Assembly (NCBI GenBank): GCA_042408215.1
Contig: JAYFMW010000008.1
Span: 1-64,000 of the forward strand
Source of the DNA: Microcoleus sp.
GTDB lineage: Bacteria; Cyanobacteriota; Cyanobacteriia; Cyanobacteriales; Microcoleaceae
Reading direction: 5' to 3'
DNA: 64,000 nucleotides
Position numbers and translations under genes: made by a program. The notes beneath the pieces were generated by a model. It searched no databases and was not told where the DNA came from. It saw only the letters and a list, made by a program, of their open reading frames with translations. How positions within the stretch are numbered: position 1 is the stretch's first letter; the number at the start of each line of letters is the position of its first letter. Shown here in pieces: positions 46,124 to 56,660 of the stretch.

Positions 46124-47005
46124 TTACTGACCAAATCGACCGCCTGTGGGTGGCGCGAACTCATGGTTAATCTCTGTAATCCGCCCTCTCCAGTACGGCC
46201 AAGCGCCTTCCGGGGGTTGCCATGCTACTTCGCCCTCTAAGGGGATCTGCATCCCATTGCGAACCGTATATCCCCAACATCGAACTTCCCACGGCATCCC
46301 CACCAGAGTGTCGCCAACTGTACGATAACGAGCCTCAGCACGGATGGTATCGATCGACCCTTCGGTATTAAAACGAAATACTAGGGAGACAGTTGTTGCA
46401 CCATCCGTCAGAGTGCCACGAGCGGAGATATCATCGATCGCCTCCCAGAGTACACCTTGACTCGGTAACAGAGCAGTGGGATACCACGCCGCCTCTGCGA
46501 AGAACCGCATTAACTCACCTTGAGCCATTTCAGGCGTACCGCACACACTTGCAAGGCTGACAATACCGAGTAATGATGCGTGCAAAATGCCTTCCCCTAA
46601 CAAATAGGTATCATGGACAAATATCTTCAGTCCTGGTGCCATCTGAATACGCGCATCCCAATCAAAACCTGGACGCTGAGTAATCACAAATTGTGTGGAG
46701 GTAAATGGACTCCACTTGGCTTTTTTCTCACCCATATTGAACTCTCCCTGATGGGTGAATTTGACAGCAGAGGCGATCGGCTGTCCATCCTTAAATACTG
46801 TCCGAAAGAATCGCTGCACTGGGGCTGGTAAGCCTTCAATCTCTTTTTGGTCATAGATTTGTGGCTTAATTATCCGCTGCCCACTTGCTAACTTGGCGCG
46901 TAAATTATCAGTATCTAACTGCCACCGAAATTTGCCGTAAATGGTAGCCAGTCCAATGCAAACTATGATTAAAATACTTATGAGTGCAATCCATTTCATC
47001 CACAT
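46124..47005 (-). CDS. Conserved membrane-anchored protein (DUF6544/DUF6920-like)
   Basis: LPAPVQRF, PGFDWDARI, GELMRFFAEAAWYPTALLP motifs; N-terminal TM. Confidence 0.65.
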   Translation of the reverse strand: MWMKWIALISILIIVCIGLATIYGKFRWQLDTDNLRAKLASGQRIIKPQIYDQKEIEGLPAPVQRFFRTVFKDGQPIASAVKFTHQGEFNMGEKKAKWSPFTSTQFVITQRPGFDWDARIQMAPGLKIFVHDTYLLGEGILHASLLGIVSLASVCGTPEMAQGELMRFFAEAAWYPTALLPSQGVLWEAIDDISARGTLTDGATTVSLVFRFNTEGSIDTIRAEARYRTVGDTLVGMPWEVRCWGYTVRNGMQIPLEGEVAWQPPEGAWPYWRGRITEINHEFAPPTGGRFGQ

Positions 47006-47023
47006 GATACTTACCTATGTTTG

Positions 47024-47362
47024 TTAATTCAGAAGTTGATACATTGTGATGATCGTAATGATTATTACAATGGATGTATAGATTAAAAACCTGTACTTGG
47101 ATAGCCAATTAGGAAGATAAATCGCAAAATTGTCCTTTGTTGAATTTGAATACTTCCGTGCAATCAGAGTTAATGGGAAGACGAATCTAAAGGTTAGTAA
47201 AATTATACCTTCTAGAGATACAAATCCATAACCAATCCAGAGCCAGATATCTAGTTTATTTGCGATCGCGGCATAAAGCATATAGAAAATCACCAAATGA
47301 AAGAATACCCATATCAAAGTGTGAATAGCTTTAATCAACGTCAATTTGGTTTCACTTTTCAT
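47024..47362 (-). CDS. Small membrane protein, function unknown
   Basis: 112-aa hydrophobic ORF; IKAIHTLIW, PLT.IARKY, IYLPNWL. Confidence 0.65.
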   Translation of the reverse strand: MKSETKLTLIKAIHTLIWVFFHLVIFYMLYAAIANKLDIWLWIGYGFVSLEGIILLTFRFVFPLTLIARKYSNSTKDNFAIYLPNWLSKYRFLIYTSIVIIITIITMYQLLN

Positions 47363-47463
47363 ATTGTATCAATATAATTTCTCCATTTTCGGCATTAAAT
47401 CGTGCCATTCGCTCTGTTTTTGATTTCCTAACGTTCCCTGACACCTTGCCAAGAGTGATTTGC

Positions 47464-48273
47464 TCATGTTTTCCTCGCAGTTAACTGTTTCCAATTTCCC
47501 TTCCACAGCAGCAGTCCCCCTAATACTGTCAAGGTAAGCATCTGCCAGATTTCAACCAGAGAACCAAAACCGATGGTAGTTTCGATCGCATCACGAATCT
47601 CATCAAATGCAGCGTGATAAACAGTTACAACAGCAAGGCTTTGGGTGACTGTCCAAATATATGCAAAAACCAGCGCGTGCATCATCGCAGGAATTAGACT
47701 TACTACAAGCATAATGGCTATTGAAGTACCCATATTATCAGTAAGTTTTTCAGCCATGCCCATCCCAACAATCACAGGCAAATGCCATGCCCACCAAATA
47801 AAGGAATGAAGCAACAGTGCTGTTCTTAGGCTGTATCGTTTTACCAAGTGCGGTAGCATATAGCCGCGCCAACCAAACTCTTCACCAAAGGCTGGAATCA
47901 AGGTAGCGAGAAAACGAAGTAGAAAATTTCCTAGAATCTCTGGAACGATAACTGCTTTAGGAATACTCTGCATTCCTAAGACTAATTCGAGGATTGTGGG
48001 AACAACCCACACAAAGATTGCTAGTGAGAAGACTGCGAAATAGTGTTTTGATTTACCCCAACTCCAACCAGCTTTTGAGAAGCCATCATGGAATATATAG
48101 CGACACGCGATATAGGTAGCAACTGTGACCATAATCATTGATAATGAGCTTAAGGCATAGCGCATAAACGGCGTCTTTGCCCACAGCACATACGCAATTT
48201 GAAATGGCCAAGATATCGCCACGACAATCAATAGATATGTTCTCAGCGAGAAAGGTTTCTGGGGATTTTTCAT
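47464..48273 (-). CDS. CPBP (CAAX protease/Abi) intramembrane metalloprotease
   Basis: GEEFGWRG, WWAWH, YHAAFD. Confidence 0.88.
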   Translation of the reverse strand: MKNPQKPFSLRTYLLIVVAISWPFQIAYVLWAKTPFMRYALSSLSMIMVTVATYIACRYIFHDGFSKAGWSWGKSKHYFAVFSLAIFVWVVPTILELVLGMQSIPKAVIVPEILGNFLLRFLATLIPAFGEEFGWRGYMLPHLVKRYSLRTALLLHSFIWWAWHLPVIVGMGMAEKLTDNMGTSIAIMLVVSLIPAMMHALVFAYIWTVTQSLAVVTVYHAAFDEIRDAIETTIGFGSLVEIWQMLTLTVLGGLLLWKGNWKQLTARKT

Positions 48274-48453
48274 TCTTGAACTTTACCTCCGATATTTTTG
48301 GCGGTTGTCTTCGTCAGAACCTTCTTCACCATCACATTGACAAATACTGGGCAGAAATCAAGTATAAGCTGTTACGCACTTAAATTATATAATTTGGAGG
48401 CTGAATCCCTTCTACAGCCTAGATCGAGTTAAAAAACTAGATGCGTAACAACT

Positions 48454-48559
48454 TACAGCGGTTCCCGCTTTTATGAGGTACAGTAGCAATTAGTAAACCA
48501 ATTTATTACAAACCGCTACAGAATATTTAGTGTACCTCATTACAGCGGGAAATGCTGTA
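48454..48559. repeat. Small inverted-repeat (MITE-like) element overlapping the CPBP 3' end
   Basis: tacagcggttcccgcttttatgaggtaca...tgtacctcattacagcgggaaatgctgta; a single arm recurs at about 59614-59642. Confidence 0.6.
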
Positions 48560-49366
48560 TCTATATCTATATCGAGCTAATGTCTTTGATCCCCACAGAA
48601 AGACTACAATAACAGCGGCGATCGCAATTATTGAATAGTGAACTTCAGGATAGTCAACTAGCGGATTGTAATTTTGGTCTTTTGGGAATAAAATCCTACC
48701 AATATTAGCTATGCTGTGAAATAGAATGCACACAAATACACTTTTTCCAGTGTTGTTATAAAGCCAAACAATAAGTATCCGCATACCAACAAGACCGAGA
48801 GTTGCCCATGCTATCCATATCAAATCGTGACCCTGTTGAATGATTGATGGGTAATGCAATATTGCCCACACCAAGCCCAAAATGATGGCGGTTGTTAGTG
48901 CAGACCATCGTTCTTGCAGAGCATCAACGGCATATCCCGACCAGCCGACTTCTTCACCTGTAGCAAGGAGGAAGAAGGCAACAGACATTACCGCGTTCTT
49001 TAGAAACGGAATTTCCACTCCTATAGGAAGTGGCAGTCTAAACAAGTGCATTACTCCATATATCAATAAATATATTATTGGCATCAAGAAAATAAGAGGC
49101 AAATACCAGATTTTTTGCCTGATTCTTGAAAAATCGAAAACTCTTTTTAACAGATACTTTATACCAATAGTCCCCTCTTCTTTATAAACAAGGATGCAGG
49201 CAGCTATTAACGGTGTAAAGGCGGCTATAAAGTCAGTAACAGGAACATCCAGAGGAAGTCCTTTAACTTTGACCATTGTTCCAATTACCCATAATGGAAT
49301 AGTAAGAGCAAAAACCAGTAGAAAGAACTTTAGCGGTGATTTATTTGATGATGTGCTGGTATCCAT
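48527..49366 (-). CDS. CPBP (CAAX protease/Abi) intramembrane metalloprotease
   Basis: GEEVGWSG, WAILH, LYNNTGKS, FHSIAN. Confidence 0.88.
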   Translation of the reverse strand: MDTSTSSNKSPLKFFLLVFALTIPLWVIGTMVKVKGLPLDVPVTDFIAAFTPLIAACILVYKEEGTIGIKYLLKRVFDFSRIRQKIWYLPLIFLMPIIYLLIYGVMHLFRLPLPIGVEIPFLKNAVMSVAFFLLATGEEVGWSGYAVDALQERWSALTTAIILGLVWAILHYPSIIQQGHDLIWIAWATLGLVGMRILIVWLYNNTGKSVFVCILFHSIANIGRILFPKDQNYNPLVDYPEVHYSIIAIAAVIVVFLWGSKTLARYRYRYSISRCNEVH

Positions 49367-49639
49367 GATTGTGATTGATTAAATGTCGTTTTAGATTGAT
49401 TAGTCAGAAAGTAATTTTAGATGTAAGTATTTCATCGCTCTCAAGGTTTGTTAAAATTATAATTCAACTAACTGCAACCCGTATTCCTTGACGACTAAAA
49501 CTTTACACGGCTGTAAAACACTCGTTTCACATTCTCAGCAGCAGTAACATAAAACATCACAATCGCCCCTAACACCAGCACAAAATTCAACGGCAACGAT
49601 TGAAATCCAAACAGTTTTCCTAAAGGTGTCCAGGGGCAT

Positions 49640-49770
49640 GATGATTGTTACTCCTACGGTAGCCAGCGTTGCCGTCCCATAACCACATACCGCGATCGTG
49701 ATTGTGGTCATCACCATTGCCGTCCACCACAGCGCAGTGCTATAGTTAGTAGACAACCAGGGGAATAGTT
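49640..49770 (-). pseudogene. Possible potassium-channel gene remnant
   Basis: YSTALWWTAMVMTT pore-helix-like text joined to GY.TATLAT; short and internally deleted. Confidence 0.35.
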
Positions 49771-49875
49771 TTGCTTAGCAAGCGTGTTTGAGCGATCGCT
49801 TCCGTCAAATCACGATCGCCATGAACGAACCTATAATAATTCGTCAATTGCCACCATAATTCATTGTATAAGTAT

Positions 49876-52800
49876 ATGTCAACAAAGTTTTTCACGAATA
49901 GCGAAGAAAACACTTTAATCAAAAAGTTTGAAGGGGTTTTTACCTATAATCCCAACATTCAATATTTTGACGCTTTAGTAGGCTACTTCAGGGCATCAGG
50001 TTATTTCAGAATCAGACCATTTTTAGACCAAGTTCCAAATATTAGAATATTGGTGGGGATCAACATTGACAAAATGCTTGCTGATGCTCAAAAATCTGGG
50101 CTTGATTTTTTTAGCAACTACGAAAGAACAAGAGAAGATTTTATCAGGGAAATTCAAAAAGATATTGCACAAGCCAATTATGACAAAGACACCGAAAACG
50201 GTATTTTACAATTCATTGACGATATAATTCAAAATAAAATACAAGTAAAGGCACATCCCGAAAAAAAGATCCACGCCAAAGTTTATATTTTACGTCCTGA
50301 ACCATTTAATGAACATACACCTGCCACAGCAATAACGGGTTCTTCAAATCTTACGGATGCTGGACTTGGTGGAGGCAATTTTTATAATTATGAGTTCAAT
50401 GTTCAACTAACAGAATATCCTGATGTTCAATTTGCTACCGCAGAATTTGAAAAGCTTTGGGCTGAATCTGTTGATATATTGCCAGTTGATATTCAGGGCA
50501 TCAAAAAAGAAACTTATTTGAATGAAGAAACAAGTCCCTTTGAATTATATATAAAATTGCTGAGTGAATATTTTGGCAAAAATATTGATTATGATCCAGA
50601 CTCAATAGGTGATTTACCTCAAAACTTTAAAAAACTTTCTTATCAAGTTGATGCCGTTAATGAAGGCTTTAATATGCTGCTAAAACACAACGGCTTTATC
50701 TTAGCTGATGTTGTGGGATTAGGTAAAACTGTTATTGCAGCAATGGTTGCTAAAAAGTTTTTAATCCAAAATGGTAGAGAGAATACAAAAATATTAGTTG
50801 TTTATCCGCCAGCAGTTGAAAAAAACTGGAAAGACACTTTTAAGGATTTTAATCTTGACAAATACACCAAGTTTATCACTAATGGAAGCCTTGAAAAAAT
50901 ATTAACAGAACATCAAGACTATTGGAAAAAAGAAGAGTATGATTTGGTGATAGCTGATGAAGCACACAAGTTTCGTAATCACAAAACAGGTGCTTTTCAA
51001 AACTTACAATTAATTTGCAAAAGCCCCAGAGCAAATAATAAGGGTTTAATCAAAGGGAGTCAGAAAAAAGTAATTTTAGTATCTGCAACACCTTTGAATA
51101 ACAGACCTGATGATATTTTTTATCAAATACAGATGTTTCAGGATGCTAGACAGTCAACACTTCCTATTACAAATTTGACTGCTTTTTTTAGTCCCTTAAT
51201 GGAGCAATACAAAAGCCTAAAACGCTTTGAAGAATTAGATATAAATAAGCTTAGAGATATTTATGGGAAAATTCGTAAAAATGTAATTGAACCTATTACT
51301 ATTCGGAGAACACGCACTGACCTAGAAAATATTGCTGAATATAAATTAGACTTAATAGCACAAGAAATCAACTTCCCAAAAGTAGAACCACCTAAAAAAG
51401 TGGAATATCTAATGGATGAGAAACTAAATGAATTGTTTCATAAAACAGTTTTTTATCTAATAGATGAATCTCGAATAAAATACAGCCGTTACCAAGCCAT
51501 TGCCGGATTAAACCCAGAAATTCAAAGCAAGTATTACGAAAACGCAGAAACGGTTTCTAAATCCTTAGCATTTATAATGAAAACTCAGTTGATTAAAAGA
51601 TTAGAAAGTAGTTTTTATGCCTTTAAAAAATCCCTAAGCAATTTTCAACAAGCCACCGACAGAATGATTGAAATGTTTGCTAATGACAAAATATTTATCG
51701 CTCCTGATACTAATGTAAACAAGCTATTAGATAAGGGTTGGAGTGATGAAGAGATTGAGGAAGAAATAGAAAGATTAAGCGCAGACAATCCGAAAAACAA
51801 AACTTTTAAAAATGCGGATTTTAAGCCAGATTTTATTGAGAGTTTAGAGAATGATTCTCGACTTTTAAAGGAATTAGTCAAAGGTTGGGATGCTGTTGAG
51901 AACGATCCAAAATTGGATGTGTTTATTGCACAATTAAATAAACTATTTCTTAATAAAAAGACTAATTTAGAAGGTAAGTTGGTAATATTTTCTGAGTCAA
52001 AAGATACTGTTGACTATTTAGCCGAGGCTTTACAAAAGAGAGGTAGAAAAGATGTGTTGGTAGTTTCGAGTAAAAACAGAAACCAATTGTATGATACGAT
52101 AGTAACTAACTTTGATGCTAACTGTACGCAAGAAAAACAGGCAAACGATTATAGTATAATCATTACTACTGAAGTTTTGGCAGAAGGAGTAAATTTGCAT
52201 CGTTCTAATGTAATTATTCACTATGATACACCTTGGAACTCAACTAAACTTATGCAAAGAATTGGGCGTGTGAATCGTATTGGTACTCAAGCAAATGCTA
52301 TTTATAATTATGTTTTTTATCCTTCGGCACAAGGCGATTCGCAAATTCGGTTAAATAAAACTGCTTTTATGAAAATTCAGGCTTTTCATACCGCATTTGG
52401 GGAGGATAATCAAGTGTTTTCAACTGATGAAATTTTAGATGCAGTCAAACTTTTTAGCGGAACTTATAAGGAGGAACAAGACGAACGCTTAAAATTTCTT
52501 TACTTTCTACGCAATTTCAGGAAAAACAACAAAACTTGGTTTGATAAAATTAAAAAAATGCCTTTAAAATCAAGGGCGGGAAGAAGTTCAACTAAAATTA
52601 AGAAACCTGATTTACAAAATGGCACGGCGGCATTTTTAAAGACAGATAAAAAGTTTGAATTTTATTGGGTGGATAGCAACAATCAACCTAGAGAAATTAC
52701 ACCCATTGAAGCATTTAAGATATTTGAAGCCGATCAAAACGAAAAAAATGCAGAATTAATCGCCAGCCATCACGATCATGTAAACAACGCGATTAAACAT

Positions 52801-53151
52801 TTTGAAACACTGGAATATGAGTTAGTTCAGGCGCAAACAGACCCCGAAGCATTAGGCGGTGTGGCGCAAAATGCAAAAAAATTCCTTTCCACAATTATTA
52901 ACCATCCCAAAGTAACTGAGAAACAAAGGGACAACATTAAGAAAATTATCAACCTGATTGATATAGGGAAATATACTAATTTGCCTTCGGAGGTTGACAA
53001 GCTGCAAAAGAAAAGAGTAAACTTAGATACGGCGATTTTAGAGATCGATCAAATTGCTGAACGATATAGTGTTGATTTCTCGGATGTCCAAAAAGGACAA
53101 AAGAGAAAAGTTGAGAAACCAGTTTTAATCATTTCAGAATCTTTTGCATAA
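49876..53151 (+). CDS. PLD-family nuclease + SF2 (SNF2-like) helicase fusion
   Basis: IHAKVYI...GSSNLT...NYEFN PLD motif; ADVVGLGKT, DEAH, SATP, EGVNL, QRIGRVNR helicase motifs; ATG at 49876. Confidence 0.9.
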   Translation: MSTKFFTNSEENTLIKKFEGVFTYNPNIQYFDALVGYFRASGYFRIRPFLDQVPNIRILVGINIDKMLADAQKSGLDFFSNYERTREDFIREIQKDIAQANYDKDTENGILQFIDDIIQNKIQVKAHPEKKIHAKVYILRPEPFNEHTPATAITGSSNLTDAGLGGGNFYNYEFNVQLTEYPDVQFATAEFEKLWAESVDILPVDIQGIKKETYLNEETSPFELYIKLLSEYFGKNIDYDPDSIGDLPQNFKKLSYQVDAVNEGFNMLLKHNGFILADVVGLGKTVIAAMVAKKFLIQNGRENTKILVVYPPAVEKNWKDTFKDFNLDKYTKFITNGSLEKILTEHQDYWKKEEYDLVIADEAHKFRNHKTGAFQNLQLICKSPRANNKGLIKGSQKKVILVSATPLNNRPDDIFYQIQMFQDARQSTLPITNLTAFFSPLMEQYKSLKRFEELDINKLRDIYGKIRKNVIEPITIRRTRTDLENIAEYKLDLIAQEINFPKVEPPKKVEYLMDEKLNELFHKTVFYLIDESRIKYSRYQAIAGLNPEIQSKYYENAETVSKSLAFIMKTQLIKRLESSFYAFKKSLSNFQQATDRMIEMFANDKIFIAPDTNVNKLLDKGWSDEEIEEEIERLSADNPKNKTFKNADFKPDFIESLENDSRLLKELVKGWDAVENDPKLDVFIAQLNKLFLNKKTNLEGKLVIFSESKDTVDYLAEALQKRGRKDVLVVSSKNRNQLYDTIVTNFDANCTQEKQANDYSIIITTEVLAEGVNLHRSNVIIHYDTPWNSTKLMQRIGRVNRIGTQANAIYNYVFYPSAQGDSQIRLNKTAFMKIQAFHTAFGEDNQVFSTDEILDAVKLFSGTYKEEQDERLKFLYFLRNFRKNNKTWFDKIKKMPLKSRAGRSSTKIKKPDLQNGTAAFLKTDKKFEFYWVDSNNQPREITPIEAFKIFEADQNEKNAELIASHHDHVNNAIKHFETLEYELVQAQTDPEALGGVAQNAKKFLSTIINHPKVTEKQRDNIKKIINLIDIGKYTNLPSEVDKLQKKRVNLDTAILEIDQIAERYSVDFSDVQKGQKRKVEKPVLIISESFA

Positions 53152-53153
53152 TT

Positions 53154-56100
53154 ATGACACAACCACAAATTAAAGATATATTCAAGCAACGTTACAATCA
53201 AGCCAAATGGAAACAATTTCTAGGCGAAACTTTTGCTAATGCTCAATTATTATCAACTCCCGAAACTCTAACTGGTATTGATGTTAACGTGGCTTCCCAG
53301 GCGCAAAAGTTAGGCTATATTCTGTTAGATGAAAATGGCATTGAACGACAAATTGCGGTGTATGAAGTAACGCTGGCACCCGGTATTATCTTAGAACGTA
53401 ATCGGGTAGGATTAAGAAATTTATTGCGTAAATATTGGAAAAATATTGATGCTGCTTTTATTGTTTATCATCGTCCAGAAAGTGCAAATTGGCGTTTTAC
53501 TTATGTTTCGGAATTAACGGGCTATGATGCAGAAGGCGAATTTATAAAAATCAAAACTGAACCTAAACGCTACACATATTTATTAGGTGAAGGTGAAAGC
53601 ATAAGAACGGCTGTTGAACGGTTTGAGCGCATTGTTAAAAAAGGGAGTAAAGCCACTTTAGATGATGTCAAAGAAGCTTTCTCAGTAGAGAAACTTTCTA
53701 AGACGTTTTTTGATGAATATAAAAAGCATTATGATATTTTTTGTAAATATATGGTTTCACAACCAGGAATTAGCCAAACGATTTTTAATGGTGACGAAAA
53801 AGCTATCCGTGATTTTAATAAGAAATTATTGGGGCGGATTGTGTTTTTATATTTCATCCAGAAAAAAGGCTGGTTGGGTGTGCCCAAAAATGAAAGTTGG
53901 GGAAAAGGTGATCGTAACTTCTTAACTAATCACTTTCAAAGTTTTCAACATCCAGAACTTTTTTATCAGGATTTTTTATCGGTTTTATTTTTTGATACCC
54001 TCAACACCAAACGCCCGGATGATTTAATTAAATTGGGAGCAGGTGAACCTTGCAGAATCCCTTTTTTGAATGGTGGTTTGTTTGAAGAAGAAAATAAGCA
54101 TCATCGCCACTTGATTTTTACTGCAAAGTTATTTGAAAATCTTTTTAACTTTTTCGATCAATACAATTTCACCATTTATGAAGATGATCCTAACGATCAT
54201 ACTGTCGCGGTTGATCCTGAAATGTTGGGGCATATTTTTGAGAATTTACTGGAAGATAATAAAGACAAAGGCGCGTATTACACACCGAAAGAGATTGTCC
54301 ATTATATGTGTCAGGAAAGTTTGATTGAATACTTAACTACTTGGTTTGAAAATCAGGGTTATGATATTATTGGTTATGCCAGTATTGGGAATCCTGAACA
54401 ACCGGAATTATTTCCGATAAACGAGTTCAGACAAGGACAATTAGAACTAGAAATTGTAGTCACATCCCCATCAAAAAAAATAGACCGGATATTAATTGAG
54501 AAGTTGCTTAAAAAGACTTTAGATGATCGGGATCAGAAATTAATAAAACAGTATTCTGCCGAATTTAATAAGGCATTAGATAGGGTAAAAATTTGCGATC
54601 CGGCGATTGGTTCGGGGGCTTTTCCGATGGGTTTGTTGCACGAAATATTTACGGCGAAACAAACGCTGCATACTTTTGAATTTGGCAACACAACTAACTT
54701 TGATGCTTCGGGTGTGAAGCTAAATATTATCCAAAATAGTATTTATGGTGTAGATATTGAACGCGGTGCTGTGGATATTGCTAGACTACGTTTCTGGCTG
54801 AGTTTAATTGTAGATGAACCTGAACCGAAAGCTTTACCTAATCTTGATTATAAGATTGTGGTGGGTAATAGTTTGGTGAGTAAGTTGGGGGATGATATTA
54901 TTGATATTGATTGGAATATAGATCAAACTGCTCACGGACTTTTTGGACACGATTTAGCAAAACAACAGCGCGTATTGCTAAAGAAAATCAGCCAAGAACA
55001 AAAGGAGTTTTTTAGCCCAGATAGTGATAAGAAAAAACTATCTGCTGACATCCGCAATCTAAAAATTGATTTGCTTATCAATCAATTGGAGTTAATGGTT
55101 AAAACCCAAGGACAAGAAACTGAACCCAAGGCTTTAAACTTTAAGGATAAAAAGAAATTTGTCAAAGCGACTGAACAGTATTATGAAAGTCTTGGTTGGA
55201 AAAACACTATTGCTCAATTAAAGAAACTGAAAACCAAACCAGAATTATCGCTTAATTTCTTTGATTGGAAATTAGATTTTCCAGAGGTAATGAATGAGCA
55301 AGTTGTGGAAAATGTGGGTTTTGATATTGTGATTGGAAATCCGCCTTATGTATTCGCTAGAGATAGCAAAAGTAAAGGGATAACTCAAGCTGATAAAGAA
55401 TATTATCCAAAGCACTATCAAGTCACAGAATATCAACTTAATTTATATCCTTTGTTTATTGAGAAAGGGTACAATCTTTTAAAAAACAAAGGTTTACTTG
55501 ATTATATAACACCTAATAACTGGTTAACTATTAGTAGCAATAAAAACTTAAGAAAATTTATTTTAGATAATTCTAATATAAAAATAGTTAACTTTTATGC
55601 CAAGGTTTTTGAAAGTGCTGATGTAGATAGTTCAATTATACTGTTTGAAAAATCTCAACAGAATAAATCTATTGAATTATTTGAATATACAGATAATTTT
55701 TATTCTATTTTTGAAACAAAAACTAATTATTTTTTACAGCAAAAAGATTATATTATTAATATTGAAGCTTTTAAGAATACTGAATCACTTAGTTTATTAG
55801 AAAAAATTGAATTACAATCAATTCAACTAAAAACAATTGCTGATGTTAAAGCAGGTTTACAAGCTTATGAAAGAGGAAAAGGGAATCCTCCACAAACAGA
55901 AGAAATCAAAGAAAATAGAGTTTATCATAGTACCACTAAAATCAATGATGATTATATTAAATATTTAGATGGTAAAGATGTTTGTCGTTATTATTTAGGC
56001 TGGAGTGGCGAATATTTAAAATATGGTGATAACTTAGCTTCTCCAAGAAAAGATTTTTCTTTATTTTCGACTCCTCGAATTTTAGTCAGACAAATACCTT

Positions 56101-56537
56101 CCCCTTTACCCTATTCTATCAATGCTTGTTTTACTCAAGAAATTATTTTAAATGATAGAAACTCAATGAATATTATTAATCTTCAAGAAAATCCGATGTT
56201 AATTTTAGGAATTTTCAACAGTAAATTAATATCTTATTGGTTTGCTCATAAATTTGGTAAACTACAAAGAGGGATATTTCCTCAATTTAAAGTTAATGAA
56301 TTAGCTACTTTTCCTATTCCAAACAATTTTGGTAATTATAAACAACCAGTCATAAAATTAATAGATGAGATATTAGAAAAAAAGGAAAAAGATGTTAAGG
56401 CAGACGTATCAGAAATAGATCAACAAATAGACAATTTAGTTTACAAACTTTACGAACTAACATATCAAGAAGTAAAAGTAATAGATCCTGAATTTGCATT
56501 AACTGAACAAGAATATGATGCCATCAAAGTAGAATAA
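53154..56537 (+). CDS. Large amino (N6-adenine-type) DNA methyltransferase, Eco57I/type IIG-like, with C-terminal specificity domain
   Basis: FLNGGLF, VDPEMLGHIFENLL, GAYYTP, DPAIGSGAF, GNPPY; TaqI-like C-terminus; starts 2 bp after the helicase stop. Confidence 0.9.
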   Translation: MTQPQIKDIFKQRYNQAKWKQFLGETFANAQLLSTPETLTGIDVNVASQAQKLGYILLDENGIERQIAVYEVTLAPGIILERNRVGLRNLLRKYWKNIDAAFIVYHRPESANWRFTYVSELTGYDAEGEFIKIKTEPKRYTYLLGEGESIRTAVERFERIVKKGSKATLDDVKEAFSVEKLSKTFFDEYKKHYDIFCKYMVSQPGISQTIFNGDEKAIRDFNKKLLGRIVFLYFIQKKGWLGVPKNESWGKGDRNFLTNHFQSFQHPELFYQDFLSVLFFDTLNTKRPDDLIKLGAGEPCRIPFLNGGLFEEENKHHRHLIFTAKLFENLFNFFDQYNFTIYEDDPNDHTVAVDPEMLGHIFENLLEDNKDKGAYYTPKEIVHYMCQESLIEYLTTWFENQGYDIIGYASIGNPEQPELFPINEFRQGQLELEIVVTSPSKKIDRILIEKLLKKTLDDRDQKLIKQYSAEFNKALDRVKICDPAIGSGAFPMGLLHEIFTAKQTLHTFEFGNTTNFDASGVKLNIIQNSIYGVDIERGAVDIARLRFWLSLIVDEPEPKALPNLDYKIVVGNSLVSKLGDDIIDIDWNIDQTAHGLFGHDLAKQQRVLLKKISQEQKEFFSPDSDKKKLSADIRNLKIDLLINQLELMVKTQGQETEPKALNFKDKKKFVKATEQYYESLGWKNTIAQLKKLKTKPELSLNFFDWKLDFPEVMNEQVVENVGFDIVIGNPPYVFARDSKSKGITQADKEYYPKHYQVTEYQLNLYPLFIEKGYNLLKNKGLLDYITPNNWLTISSNKNLRKFILDNSNIKIVNFYAKVFESADVDSSIILFEKSQQNKSIELFEYTDNFYSIFETKTNYFLQQKDYIINIEAFKNTESLSLLEKIELQSIQLKTIADVKAGLQAYERGKGNPPQTEEIKENRVYHSTTKINDDYIKYLDGKDVCRYYLGWSGEYLKYGDNLASPRKDFSLFSTPRILVRQIPSPLPYSINACFTQEIILNDRNSMNIINLQENPMLILGIFNSKLISYWFAHKFGKLQRGIFPQFKVNELATFPIPNNFGNYKQPVIKLIDEILEKKEKDVKADVSEIDQQIDNLVYKLYELTYQEVKVIDPEFALTEQEYDAIKVE

Positions 56538-56660
56538 AATAGCCCCCGTATTTTGCCAGCGCCTTTAAAAACTGCACAAACAATTCCCTGTCCCTGAACC
56601 AGCAACGGGCTAGAAAACAGAAACAGGAAAAGTCAATTAATTATGGCGTTGAATATATCG

